NCBI GenBank assembly: GCA_965247095.1
Contig: OZ251997.1
Coordinates: forward strand, 4,480,001 to 4,544,000
Direction of reading: 5' to 3'
From: Candidatus Multivorans sp.
GTDB lineage: Bacteria; Acidobacteriota; Thermoanaerobaculia; Multivoradales; Multivoraceae
Length of the DNA: 64,000 bases
Part shown: positions 1-9,303 of the stretch, one piece after another
How the letters are laid out: each line of letters begins with the position of its first letter
Position numbering within the stretch: position 1 is the first letter of the stretch
Program-made: the position numbers and the translations under genes
Notes under the pieces: generated by a model
The model's database searches: none
What the model saw: the letters and a program-made list of their open reading frames with translations, nothing else
Told to the model about the DNA's origin: nothing

Positions 1-1232
1 AGTGTGTCGTTGTCCACCAACGTGAGAGGGCCAAGACCTGACCGCGCAAGGTTGTTCGCGACCTGCGAGCCAAGGGCACCCACCCCTACCACGAGCGTGC
101 GGACCTCCTTCAACACGAATCCGTTCATCGCCGCTGCCATGCGTCGGTCGAAGTGGAGAAGCACCGGTAGGAGGGACACTGGGCAGTTCTGGCCACGGTT
201 TGCGTTCGCTGGACCTTCCGCGGTCCCAATGATCGACGCGGCGTGTGAAACACCTTCGAACATCTGCGTCTCCCATGCGCCCACATCCTCTCCAACCTCA
301 AGCGGTGTCTTGGCAGTGATGAGTGCAAACATGTCCGCCGCCTCTGGGACCGTGTCGTGGGCGTGACGCTTCTTCGGAATCCAGAGGATCAGGGCGAGTC
401 GTGAGAAGAGCGCCTCAGAGTGCTCCGAAGCGTCCTTCCAAGCGCGCAGTCTTCGCCTCATCTCAGCCAGCAGGTCGAAATCGACGTCCTGCAACACAGA
501 CGCGACGTCGGCGAGAGTCCGTGGCTGACGGCGTATGACTCCATGCTCAGCAGGAGCGGTGCGGATTGTAAACGCTAGAGTTCTTGCAGTGTCGAGCTTC
601 GGTTGAGGATCCCCCGGCTCCCGCGCCGCCCTGGCGAGGTATGCGGTTGCGGCGGAGTCGGTGGCGCGAGTTACGGTCTCAATGCGTAGCGGTGCCGGAG
701 CATCGCGGAGAAAGATGTCACGGGGAACAACAAGCGGTACGAATGGTCCAAGAAAGAACGGCTCAAGGGCCTGATCTTCCCGATGAAGGCTGCCGTGCGC
801 CGCCCCTTCTAGCCAAGTTCGGAGGAGTTGTAGTAGCAGTCTGGTTGTCCATCGGCGTCGCAGTTCGTCGTATCGCATCTCAGTGATGCAAAGGCTGCGG
901 GGCACCTCCACCTCTCGCAGATTCTGGTGTGACAGGCGTGGGAACGAAGGGCGAAGGGCGAGGATTTCTGGGATCCTGTCGTCGGCGCGAGAGAAGACGA
1001 CAGCGATACGCTCCGACTCCTGAATGCCGTACCGCGATCCGCCTTGAGGAATCGAGACCTCGGTGTCAAGCACGACAACCTCGGTGTGCTCGCTGCTGCG
1101 ACATTCGACCAGCTCGGAGTAGTGATCAGCCCCCTTCACCAGGTGCTCGACGAGAGCCCGGGCCTTGGTGCATGTCAGGGAAGAGGTCGGGACGGGTACG
1201 CCGGGAGCTTTGAGCCAAGTCGCCCCCGTCAT
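1..1232 (-). CDS. Prokaryotic E2 (family A) + E1/ThiF fusion, Cap2-like (probable E2-E1-JAB of a 6A-MBL system); truncated by window edge
   Basis: Absent from the ORF track because its stop lies outside the window. Manual translation from ATG 1232 (ATGA overlap with the MBL stop) is open for about 410 codons. E2-A-like segment ALRPSFPRLSHQNL..PRSLCI..WT..LLRTWLEGAAHGSLHREDQALEPFF (Cys codon 888-890), then E1 Rossmann motif TLVVGVGALGSQVANNLARSGLGPLTLVDNDT (GxGxxG at 69-86). Confidence 0.88.
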   Translation of the reverse strand, partial: MTGATWLKAPGVPVPTSSLTCTKARALVEHLVKGADHYSELVECRSSEHTEVVVLDTEVSIPQGGSRYGIQESERIAVVFSRADDRIPEILALRPSFPRLSHQNLREVEVPRSLCITEMRYDELRRRWTTRLLLQLLRTWLEGAAHGSLHREDQALEPFFLGPFVPLVVPRDIFLRDAPAPLRIETVTRATDSAATAYLARAAREPGDPQPKLDTARTLAFTIRTAPAEHGVIRRQPRTLADVASVLQDVDFDLLAEMRRRLRAWKDASEHSEALFSRLALILWIPKKRHAHDTVPEAADMFALITAKTPLEVGEDVGAWETQMFEGVSHAASIIGTAEGPANANRGQNCPVSLLPVLLHFDRRMAAAMNGFVLKEVRTLVVGVGALGSQVANNLARSGLGPLTLVDNDT

Positions 1233-2339
1233 CCGTGCCGCTCGCCTCGACTGCTGGCGATCGCCACGCTGGAGGCGATTGTCGCCTTCACTAGCGTAGG
1301 ACCTTGGTCACCGATCGAGATCACAAGGGGTTGTGGTCTCTTGGCTCTCGGCGGGGGGGCATCGTGACGTGGAAGTCACCGGAGTGACTCAGCACAGAGC
1401 GATAGTAGGCTGCTGCCTGACGGTGCGGAGGCTGATCGCTGTCGTTGGCGCCACCCGGCTTCGGAATGGGCCGGGATGAAGAGACGAGAATCCCCGGCCG
1501 GACCTGTCGGTCCCCATAGAGCCACTCGATTTCCTCATCTTGGGGAGTCGTCTTGTTCAGACCGCGATCCGGCCCGAGCGACTTGTAACTGCAGTGGTGC
1601 GGTACCTTGAGTACGTGCCAGCGGAGGCGATCGTGATTCCCGTGCTTCTCAGTCGCCGCTACGATGTCTCGAAGCGCCTCGTAGTCGGCGTCGGCGAGAA
1701 GGAGAACGTCGGTGGTTCGTGCGGCGACTCTGAAGCGTGCCTGGCACATGAAGCTGTTGGTGTTCCGATCCTCCAAGTCCTCGTCGATCTTGAAGGCGAA
1801 CGGTGAGTGGACGAAGATCTCTAGCCCGTCATCTTCAAGCGCAAAGTTGGGGGCGGTGCATCCAGCGTCTGTAATGAGGTGCTTACGGCTCGCCCAACCG
1901 ATACCTTGTTCCTCGCAGTACTTCTCCAACAACTTCGGCCGGCCGAAGATGCGGATCCCCTTCCCTTCCTTGAAACGATGCCTTGCCTCCGCCCGAAGCA
2001 CCCTAGCTTCCGCGGCTGATCCTGCCCCGAGTTCCTCAAGAAGCAGGCCTGCTGGTGCCCAGAGCTCCTCAATCCGCACGCGGTCTTCATCCTGGTACTT
2101 GGCTGCGTGCTCCAGGTAGAAGAAATCTGAGGCGCCTTTTGTAGTGGTCTTCGTCTAGGTGTGTGAACGCCACGATGTCGAAGTGGGCTCTGCCGGCTTC
2201 GTCGAGGTCTTGCCTTAACAACGTGGGAAGATCGCAGCGCCGGTCGTTGTCGTCGTCCGGGTCGCGGGTGGCCGCGTAGTCGATCAGCAGTTTGCGGCCA
2301 TCCTGCAAGTCGATCCGGCAGCAGTCAGCGTTGCCTAGA

Positions 2340-4306
2340 CCGAAGTTCTGAGCTTCAAGTCGTGAAATCGCCTGTAGTGGTGGGCGTTTTCAGTTGTTCG
2401 GCGGTGTCTTGTACTGGGTACGTCGACTTCAGGGGCGGATGCCGAGTAGTTTGAAGGCTTCGTTCTGGAGTGGAGTGGGCCGTGCGAGGACGTCGGCGGT
2501 GGAGTCGGCCTTGCCGTGCATCCGCACGCGGTTTCGGGTCAGCGTGGCCAGGTCGGCGAGCAAGGTCTGGAAGCTGTGGACGGGGAGTCCGTCGGGGGTC
2601 CTCCGGGAGTTGGCCTTGGTCATTGCCTCGTGCGACCTTCGCGCGGGATCGACGGGCGACTCGCGTTGGTCGTCGCGGCGTTGGTCGTCGAAGAGGAGGG
2701 GCGCCAGGGTCCGGCGCATGTGCCACTCGACGTAGTAGGCGAGCATGCAGAGGAAGACGTGGGCGCGTACCCTCGAGGCTAGGCGATGGTGGACGGGGCG
2801 CACTTTGAGGTCGACGCTCTTGTAGGAGCGGAAGGCGCGTTCGACGCGGCTGAGGCTCTTGTAGGCGCGGACCGCATCGGCTGCCGGCAGTTCGTCTTCG
2901 GGGACGTTGGTGCGGATGACGTAGAAGCCGTCGAGAGCGGCTTCCTCGGCGATGCGCGCCTCGTTGCGGCGGTATTGGAAGCCGTCCTCTTCGATCTCGA
3001 CCTCGAAGTGCTTGCCGACCTTGTAGGCGCCCAGGGCGCGGTCCGCGCGCACGGCGATGGCGTCCTTGCCGCGCAGGGGGTTCTTCTTGCGCCGCGTCGC
3101 CGCAACGACGGCGTCGAGCTTGCGCTCGGTGGATTCGAGAAGCTCCTGGCGCTTGCGGCCGCGTTCCTCCGCCAGAAGCGGGTTCCGGCACACCACGAGG
3201 CGCTCCTTGGGGTACAGCTCCGGGACGCTGATCTCGGCCATCTTCCGCTGGTCGAAGAGCGACAGTTGCAGGTGGCCTTCCTGGGCCAGCGTCCTGATCG
3301 CCGGCGCGCGCAGGGCGCTGATCCAGGACAGGCCCGCGGGGTCGAGGTCCTCGCGGATGCGCGCGTCGGTGATCAGGCCCCGGTCTGAGACCATCACGAT
3401 CCTCTCCAGCGAGAAGCGGTCGCGGAGCTTCTGCACCTGGGCGTTCAGGGTCGTCGGATCGGCCGTGTTGCCCTCGAATACCTCGACCGCGACCGGGCAT
3501 CCGTCCCGGCTGCAGAGCAGGCCGAAGACGATCTGGACCTTGCCTCTCTTCTTGTCCCTGGAGTAGCCGTGCCTGGCCAGCGTGCACTTCCTGCCCTCAA
3601 AGTAGACCGAGGTCACGTCGTAAAGCACCAGCGAGCCGTCTTCCAGATGCCGCCGGGCAAGAGTCCGCTCGATGCGCGGCTGTCTTTCGAGCAGCCAGTC
3701 CATGGCGCCGTAGAGTTCGTCGGCCGAGGCCTCCTGCACGCCGAGTTCCTCGCCGAGGGTGTGGCTCATGGTCTCGCTCGCGAGTCCGCGGGCGGTGGCG
3801 AGCTTGGATCGCGGCTCGAGGATGCGGGCCGCGATCATGGCCAGCGCCAGTGCCCGTTCGCGCGAGGGCCGTCGGTCGAGGAGTCGTTCGATGCCGAGGC
3901 TTCGGGCCACGCCGAGGACGGCGGCGACATGGCCGTGCGGTCTGGCGCGCAGGATTTCGAAGGCGGCCTCGAGCGAAGGCAGGGCGACTCCTCCCTTGAG
4001 CAGGGTTCTGAGTCCTTCGACGAGTTGGTCGGGCCACTTGGAGAGGTTGGCGAGAGTGCGTTTCTTGACCTTTCCGTCCTGTCGGTAGGACTCTCTCAGC
4101 AGGACGGCGGGTGGTGAGTTTCGGTTGGGTACCCGTTCGATGTACATGGCTTCTCATTGTAGACGCAACCATTCAGAATGTCTACATGCCACGAGATCCT
4201 TACATGGCTACCAATGGCAGAAAACAGGGGCGGCCCAACACCCGAAAACCCAAGCACTGCAACGCCTCTCGACGACGAGGAGGCCCCAGGAGCCTCAGAA
4301 CTTCGG
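2340..4306 (-). mobile_element. IS1634-family insertion sequence (1967 bp)
   Basis: Perfect 13-bp TIRs CCGAAGTTCTGAG (2340-2352) and CTCAGAACTTCGG (4294-4306). 6-bp target duplication CCTAGA at 2334-2339 and 4307-4312. Encodes one DDE transposase. Confidence 0.95.
2429..4147 (-). CDS. IS1634-family DDE transposase
   Basis: 572 aa. N-term LLRESYRQDGKVKKRTLANLS; motifs LYDVTSVYFEG, GYSRD, FEGNTAD, VSDRG, VERAFR..K, RVRAHVFLCMLAY. Confidence 0.95.
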   Translation of the reverse strand: MYIERVPNRNSPPAVLLRESYRQDGKVKKRTLANLSKWPDQLVEGLRTLLKGGVALPSLEAAFEILRARPHGHVAAVLGVARSLGIERLLDRRPSRERALALAMIAARILEPRSKLATARGLASETMSHTLGEELGVQEASADELYGAMDWLLERQPRIERTLARRHLEDGSLVLYDVTSVYFEGRKCTLARHGYSRDKKRGKVQIVFGLLCSRDGCPVAVEVFEGNTADPTTLNAQVQKLRDRFSLERIVMVSDRGLITDARIREDLDPAGLSWISALRAPAIRTLAQEGHLQLSLFDQRKMAEISVPELYPKERLVVCRNPLLAEERGRKRQELLESTERKLDAVVAATRRKKNPLRGKDAIAVRADRALGAYKVGKHFEVEIEEDGFQYRRNEARIAEEAALDGFYVIRTNVPEDELPAADAVRAYKSLSRVERAFRSYKSVDLKVRPVHHRLASRVRAHVFLCMLAYYVEWHMRRTLAPLLFDDQRRDDQRESPVDPARRSHEAMTKANSRRTPDGLPVHSFQTLLADLATLTRNRVRMHGKADSTADVLARPTPLQNEAFKLLGIRP

Positions 4307-4345
4307 CCTAGAGGGAAAAGGGTCAGTTTGTGCAAGCTATCTCCT

Positions 4346-5017
4346 TCATGAGGGTATGGTGGGAGTCGCCTCAGCGTATGAGGTGAGTACCTCCTTGGTG
4401 TAGTGGCGGAAGAACTTGAGGTAGCGATAGAGCATTCCGATTGCGAGCACCGAGCCGGATGGCACCCAGATCAGGAGGTCGGGTGCGGATGAGGGGCATC
4501 TGTAGCGTCCCAGAACGAGCACGAGAGTGGCAAGAGCCGAGGCCATCGAGATATTGCGGCAGAATCCGTAGCGGGAGAGAAAGATATTCAGCCTCTCGAG
4601 CGTGGCGCGTTGGTGTTTCACGATCGTGTGGCAGTGGAGGAAGAGGGCCCTCCCGCCCGTGGGTACGCCGTGGCTCGCTGCGCGTGCGCGAATTCGGTCC
4701 TGGGTCTCTTCGGGTAGCGCCTTGAAGGTGCCTGGAAAAAGCTTGGCTTTCCAGCTCGGAGCTTGCGTAGCGAGCAGGTGCTCTTCGGGCGACCCAAGGA
4801 ACTTCCGCAGGAAGAGTCTCTCGACGACAGCGCTCGCAATGTGGGCCACGATGTGGCCGACAACGTAGGCGAGGAGGGTCCACAGGATCGCATGGACCGG
4901 ACTGATGGCATCGTTGAGGAGCCAGCCCCCGCTGCAGGAGAAATCGAGTGCCGCGAGCAGTAGGAATCCGGCCGCTAGGTAGCCGAAGAAGTCGTAGATG
5001 CTGAAGGGCGTTTTCAC
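4346..5017 (-). CDS. Uncharacterised 4-TM membrane protein in defence operon
   Basis: 223 aa, two N-terminal and two C-terminal hydrophobic helices. GTGA overlap with the PIN gene and 10 nt upstream of the MBL start. Confidence 0.75.
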   Translation of the reverse strand: MKTPFSIYDFFGYLAAGFLLLAALDFSCSGGWLLNDAISPVHAILWTLLAYVVGHIVAHIASAVVERLFLRKFLGSPEEHLLATQAPSWKAKLFPGTFKALPEETQDRIRARAASHGVPTGGRALFLHCHTIVKHQRATLERLNIFLSRYGFCRNISMASALATLVLVLGRYRCPSSAPDLLIWVPSGSVLAIGMLYRYLKFFRHYTKEVLTSYAEATPTIPS

Positions 5018-5562
5018 CGGTGGACCTCCTCAGTGGGGGCTTTGGCTGAAGAAGGTCGTAGCCTCTCGCGAAAGGAGCGGAATGGCATCTTGAAGCGCTT
5101 CGTTTCCAGCTTGCCCTTGGCGGCGTCGGCCTCGTCGACCGTGATGAGGTTCGCTTGGATCGCTCGGATGAAGAGGTCCACAGTTCCGATGATCCGGTCT
5201 TCGCCGATTCGGGCGATGGCCTCGCGTCGGAACCGCCCCTTCTCGTCCGAAGCCACTGTCCAGCCGTTCTTTTCAGCGAGCACCAGGCAAGCTGCCTCAC
5301 CGCGGCCAAGGCGAGCGAGGAGCTTCGCGAATGTTCGGATGTCGCCTGGGTGTGTGATCGAAGCGGCGTCCAGAGCTCCGGCGGCCAGTGCTTCGTCGAG
5401 TTCAGCCCGCTGGCCCTTCCGGCTGATTTCCTGTCGCACGTGATCCGGAACCACGAATTCGAGGTTCGGGAGGTCGGCGCACAGGCTGAGCCGTCCGACG
5501 TGCATGAAGTTGATGAGGACGTTCGCGTCGGTGACAACGACGTGGGTGGTCGGTGCGTTCAT
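5014..5562 (-). CDS. PIN-domain protein (DUF3368/COG2405-like)
   Basis: VVVTDANVLINF, VPDHVRQEI, LGRGEAACLVLA and VASDE PIN motifs. ATGA overlap with the upstream gene. Confidence 0.85.
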   Translation of the reverse strand: MNAPTTHVVVTDANVLINFMHVGRLSLCADLPNLEFVVPDHVRQEISRKGQRAELDEALAAGALDAASITHPGDIRTFAKLLARLGRGEAACLVLAEKNGWTVASDEKGRFRREAIARIGEDRIIGTVDLFIRAIQANLITVDEADAAKGKLETKRFKMPFRSFRERLRPSSAKAPTEEVHR

Positions 5563-6827
5563 CTGTCGTGCGGGCCACCATCCGGGCCGTTCGCCAAGCC
5601 GCTGTTCTCGAGTAGCGCGGGGACGCAGTCGACGGAGATATCCAGCATCGCTGCGAGCTCTTCGAGCTTGCCGCGTGAGATTTCTTCTCGGCGGTACGCC
5701 TCTAGAGCGAGTCCGAGAACCCGAAGCTGGAAGCGCCAGCGGAGTTCCACATGATCTGGCGTTGGCAGTCCTAGATTTCTGGCGAGTTGCTTGCCGCGCC
5801 CGAGACCGTCGAGTTCCTTCAGCTCATCGAATTCCGGTTCCGAGATCATCTTGAGGTTGCGGAGCCGATAGAGGGCGGCGATTCGGCTCACACTGAAGTG
5901 GTGGGCGAGCCGGACGACGTCATACAACTGAATCGCTTGGCTTCCGGGTGCACTGCGGGCTTCTACCTCGACGCTCTCGGCCTCCTCCAGGACGTCGCTG
6001 AAGACCTCGCTGCGGATTCGGCTCGGCCAGCCTTTTCCTAGACCGGCAACGAACTGCTTGACGCCGTTTTCTGGAAGCAGGAAGCCGGCGGCGAAGGCGT
6101 TGGCGCGTACCTCGATGAGGTTGCGACGCTCCGAAGAGCGGCTTACCAGGCCGAAGCGGTCTCGGTCGGCAAGGGCGTGGGCGAACTCATGGGCGAAGGA
6201 GAATCGGCGGCGCAAGACGTGCTGGTCCCGGTTCGCCACTACGAAGATCCCCACTCTTGGGTGGTTCAGAGTCAGTCCCGATACGTCGGCCGGTAGGTCG
6301 ACAACGCCGGTGCGAATGCCTTGGGCTTCGAGCAGTTCGGCCAAGTCGGGGAGGGGCGCGTCGCCAAGGCCGAGGCGGCGGCGTTCTTCAGTTGCGAGAC
6401 GCTCTCCCTGCTGGATTGCCTTCCAGGGGCTGGTGGGGGGTGGAAGAGGGTACGAGGTCGTGGCAGCAGTTGCGACATCGATGCTGAGTAGCTCTTCCAG
6501 AGAGGTAATCTCCCGGCCTAGGGCGACGCAATCCCGGAGGGCGCCGGCCACCGATGGCTCGGTCGCCACGTCCGGCTCCGCGCGAAAGAGAGCTGCGAGT
6601 GGGTCGCTGGCCGCGAACTCTTGGGCTACGAACTCGCGAATGTCCCGGCCGAGCATGTGCGCCAGCGAGTCGAGTTCAATGCTCGAGACCGCACGATTGC
6701 CCGCCTCGATCTGCGCAACAGTTGGCCGGGACACGCCCAGGTCTTCTGCCACCTGCGCCTGCGTTAGAGCGCACGCTTGTCGCGCACTTCGAATCCGACA
6801 GCCGAGTTCTGCTTGGGTGATGGGCAT
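5559..6827 (-). CDS. XRE-family HTH fused to ImmA/IrrE Zn metallopeptidase
   Basis: N-term LTQAQVAEDLGVSRPTVAQIEAG HTH; RRRFSFAHEFAH (HExxH); EVRANAFAAGFLLP; GGAGG RBS. Confidence 0.93.
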   Translation of the reverse strand: MPITQAELGCRIRSARQACALTQAQVAEDLGVSRPTVAQIEAGNRAVSSIELDSLAHMLGRDIREFVAQEFAASDPLAALFRAEPDVATEPSVAGALRDCVALGREITSLEELLSIDVATAATTSYPLPPPTSPWKAIQQGERLATEERRRLGLGDAPLPDLAELLEAQGIRTGVVDLPADVSGLTLNHPRVGIFVVANRDQHVLRRRFSFAHEFAHALADRDRFGLVSRSSERRNLIEVRANAFAAGFLLPENGVKQFVAGLGKGWPSRIRSEVFSDVLEEAESVEVEARSAPGSQAIQLYDVVRLAHHFSVSRIAALYRLRNLKMISEPEFDELKELDGLGRGKQLARNLGLPTPDHVELRWRFQLRVLGLALEAYRREEISRGKLEELAAMLDISVDCVPALLENSGLANGPDGGPHDR

Positions 6828-6874
6828 GATCTCTACCTCCGAGTCGCTTGGTGGCCCCGGTCGATGATGGCCGA

Positions 6875-6903
6875 AGGTTAGAAAATCGGACGCGACATGT
6901 CAA
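6875..6903 (-). promoter_or_regulatory. Sigma70-type promoter of the defence operon
   Basis: Minus strand reads TTGACA (6903-6898), 17-nt spacer, TAACCT (6880-6875), 47 nt before ATG 6827. Palindrome GACATGTC overlaps the -35 box. Confidence 0.75.
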
Positions 6904-6930
6904 TCCAGGGGAAAGGTGTTCTGCGTGAGG

Positions 6931-6954
6931 GCCGGAAGCGTTAACGGTTCCGGC
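6931..6954. promoter_or_regulatory. 24-bp imperfect palindrome, candidate operator or hairpin
   Basis: GCCGGAAgCGTTAACGgTTCCGGC, one mismatched pair, just upstream of the -35 box. Confidence 0.45.
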
Positions 6955-7055
6955 AGGCACACTAAGGGCTCGTCCGCATGGCCGACACGGGCAGGCGGGG
7001 GTCCTCGGTGTTGAGGCGTCGCTTCAACTCGCGACTTGCCGACGGCCGAGCTTCG

Positions 7056-7532
7056 TTAGCCCGCGGCCAGCCGCTTCTCGAAGCAGAGGCTGTGCGGATC
7101 GTAGGCGTACTCGTTGTAGCAGGGGATCTGGACGTAGCCGAAGGAGCGGTAGAGGTTGATCGCTGCCGGCTGCAGCTCGCCTGTCTCGAGGCGAAGCGAG
7201 CGGTAGCCGAAGGCTGCGGCGCGGGCTTCGAGTTCTTCGAGGATGCGCCGCCCCAGGGCCTGGCGACGGTACTCGGGGGCCACGTACATCCGCTTGATCT
7301 CGGCCTGGTCGGGGCCGAGGCGACGGAGCGCGCCGCATGCTATGGCCTCGCCGCCGGCAGTCAGGCCGAGGAGCAGGCAGCAGCCCGGCGCGTCCAGCTT
7401 GTCGGGCGCGACGCTGTAGATGCTGTCCGCGGGGTAGAGGTCTCCGAGTTCGCGGTCGAGCGCCTCGTGCAGGCGCACGAAGGCGGTACCTTTGGGGTCG
7501 CCCGGTTCGATCCGGACTTCGTCGGAGGTCAT
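7056..7532 (-). CDS. GNAT acetyltransferase
   Basis: From ATG 7532 (MTSDEV, GAGG RBS): ACGALRR..AEIKRMYVAPEYRRQALGR..LETGELQPAAINLYRSFGY. Confidence 0.9.
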   Translation of the reverse strand: MTSDEVRIEPGDPKGTAFVRLHEALDRELGDLYPADSIYSVAPDKLDAPGCCLLLGLTAGGEAIACGALRRLGPDQAEIKRMYVAPEYRRQALGRRILEELEARAAAFGYRSLRLETGELQPAAINLYRSFGYVQIPCYNEYAYDPHSLCFEKRLAAG

Positions 7533-7566
7533 CTGGTCCTCGGTGCGGTGGGTTGGCGAGCCGCCG

Positions 7567-9303
7567 TCACGGATGGAATTCCGGGGCTTCCCGCAGCATC
7601 TGGTCGCGCAGGGTGCGCTTGTGGATCTTCTCGGTGGCGCCGCGCGGCAACTGCTCGTCCTGGAGCCAGACGTAGCGCGGCACCTTGAAGCGCGCCAGAT
7701 GCTCGCCGACGTGAGCCCGCACATCGGCCGCGTCGAGATCGGCGCCGTCCTTGGGTACCACGACCACCGCCAGCTCCTCGCCCAGCCGGTCGTCGGGGAC
7801 GCCGAAGGCCGCGGCCTCGTAGACGGCGGGGTGCTGGTAGACGACGCGCTCGATCTCGGCGCAGTAGATGTTCTCGCCGCCGCGCAGCACCATGTCCTTC
7901 TTGCGGTCGCGGATGTAGAGGAAGCCGTCCTCGTCGATCTCGGCGATGTCGCCGGTTCTGAGCCAGCCGTCCTGGATCGTCTCCGCGGTCGCCTCCGGAC
8001 TGTTCCAGTAGCCGCGGATGTTCATCGACGACTTCATGATCAGCTCGCCCTGTTCGCCGGACGGCAGTTCGTTGCCGTCGTCGTCGATGATCTTCAGTTC
8101 GACGATCGGGCACGGCTTGCCGCAACTGTCCGGCTTCTCGACCAGGCCCTCGTCCGTGTTGCCGGCGCCGCCGGCGTTCGTCTCGGTCATTCCCCAGCCG
8201 AAGGACCAGTGCTTGTCGGGCATCAGAACCTGCAGGCGATCCACCATGCCGCCGGGGATCGGCGCGCCGCCGCCGGACACCGCGGCCAGGCTGCGCAGGT
8301 CGCGATCCTTGAGCGAAGGCGACTGCAGCATCTCCCAGGTCATCGTCGGCACGCCGTTGAAGGACGTGACCCGCTCCCGCTCGATCAGCTCCAGGCCGAG
8401 TTCGGGATTCCACTTGTACATCATCACGATCTTGCGACCGGCGCCGAAGGAGGCGAGCAGGCCGGCGTGGCTGCCGCTGACGTGGAAGAGCGGCAGGGGC
8501 ATCAGGATCGAGGGCTGGAACTCGGGGTTCTCCTCCGGTTCCTCGAGCAGGCCCATGGCGATCCGCTGCGCGCCGTAGAAGCCCCAACTGCCGATGCCGC
8601 TGAGCACGCCGCGATGGGTCGACACGGCGCCCTTGGGGAAGCCGGTGGTGCCGGACGTGAAGAGGATCGTCACGTCGTCGTGGGCGCCGAGTTCGATGTC
8701 GGGCATAGGTTGGCCGGCTGCCTCGCGCCACACCGCGCCGAAATCGTCGACGCCGTCGGGCGGGTCGCCGTCCCAGCGAACGCCGATGCTCACAACACCG
8801 AGGTCGGGTAGGCGGCTGGCCACCCGTTCGTAGCGCTGCTGGTCGAAGAAGGCGAGCTTGGCGCCGGAGTCCTTGAAGCCGTACTCCAGTTCCTCCCCGG
8901 ACCACCAGCCATTGAGCGACACGGAGATCGCGCCGGACGACGTGATCGCCATGAACGCGATCACCCATTCCGGGTAGTTCCGCATCCCGATCGCGACCCG
9001 GTCGCCCTTCTTGACGCCGTAGCGGTGGACCAACTGATGCGCGATCGCCGCGGCGCGGTCGTACGCCTCGGCGTAGGTCAGGCGGGTGTCCTGGAAGACG
9101 AGGAAGTCCTTGTCGCCGTGGTCCTGCAACGCTTGGTCGTAGATGTCGCGCAGCGTCGCCGGAAGATTCTTGAAGACCTTGTACTCGACCCCGCGCACGG
9201 TTTCCGTGACCAGCTCGTAGTCGGCGCCCGGGCCGGTCAGGTGGGCGACCGACTCGTCGTAGGTCATCTGGCCGTGGATCGGCTCGGCGTTCATTTGCTT
9301 CAT
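7567..9303 (-). CDS. Long-chain fatty-acid-CoA ligase (ANL family)
   Basis: FTSGTTGFPKG, GWGMTE, WLRTGD, DRKKDMVLRGGENIY. Confidence 0.93.
   Translation of the reverse strand: MKQMNAEPIHGQMTYDESVAHLTGPGADYELVTETVRGVEYKVFKNLPATLRDIYDQALQDHGDKDFLVFQDTRLTYAEAYDRAAAIAHQLVHRYGVKKGDRVAIGMRNYPEWVIAFMAITSSGAISVSLNGWWSGEELEYGFKDSGAKLAFFDQQRYERVASRLPDLGVVSIGVRWDGDPPDGVDDFGAVWREAAGQPMPDIELGAHDDVTILFTSGTTGFPKGAVSTHRGVLSGIGSWGFYGAQRIAMGLLEEPEENPEFQPSILMPLPLFHVSGSHAGLLASFGAGRKIVMMYKWNPELGLELIERERVTSFNGVPTMTWEMLQSPSLKDRDLRSLAAVSGGGAPIPGGMVDRLQVLMPDKHWSFGWGMTETNAGGAGNTDEGLVEKPDSCGKPCPIVELKIIDDDGNELPSGEQGELIMKSSMNIRGYWNSPEATAETIQDGWLRTGDIAEIDEDGFLYIRDRKKDMVLRGGENIYCAEIERVVYQHPAVYEAAAFGVPDDRLGEELAVVVVPKDGADLDAADVRAHVGEHLARFKVPRYVWLQDEQLPRGATEKIHKRTLRDQMLREAPEFHP

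Larger units (their letters stand above)
1229..4335 (-). pseudogene. Metallo-beta-lactamase-fold hydrolase (MblB-like), interrupted by IS1634 and carrying two frameshifts
   Basis: TTG start 4335 with AAGGAG RBS. MHKLTLFPLG joins across the IS to NADCCRIDLQDGRKLLIDYA..THLDEDHY. An extra A in the T4 run 2137-2140 breaks the frame (restored: KGASDFFYLEHAAKYQ..RIEELW). Later motifs LLLADA and KVPHHCS. A second shift at the G7 run 1353-1359 restores PQPLVISIGDQG..ERHG*, with stop at 1229. Confidence 0.88.

Noticed and set aside
1-1367. Short ORFs listed in the track (4..366, 584..886, 809..1078, 1044..1367 etc.)
   Set aside because: Shadow frames of the open minus-strand E2-E1 gene starting at 1232.
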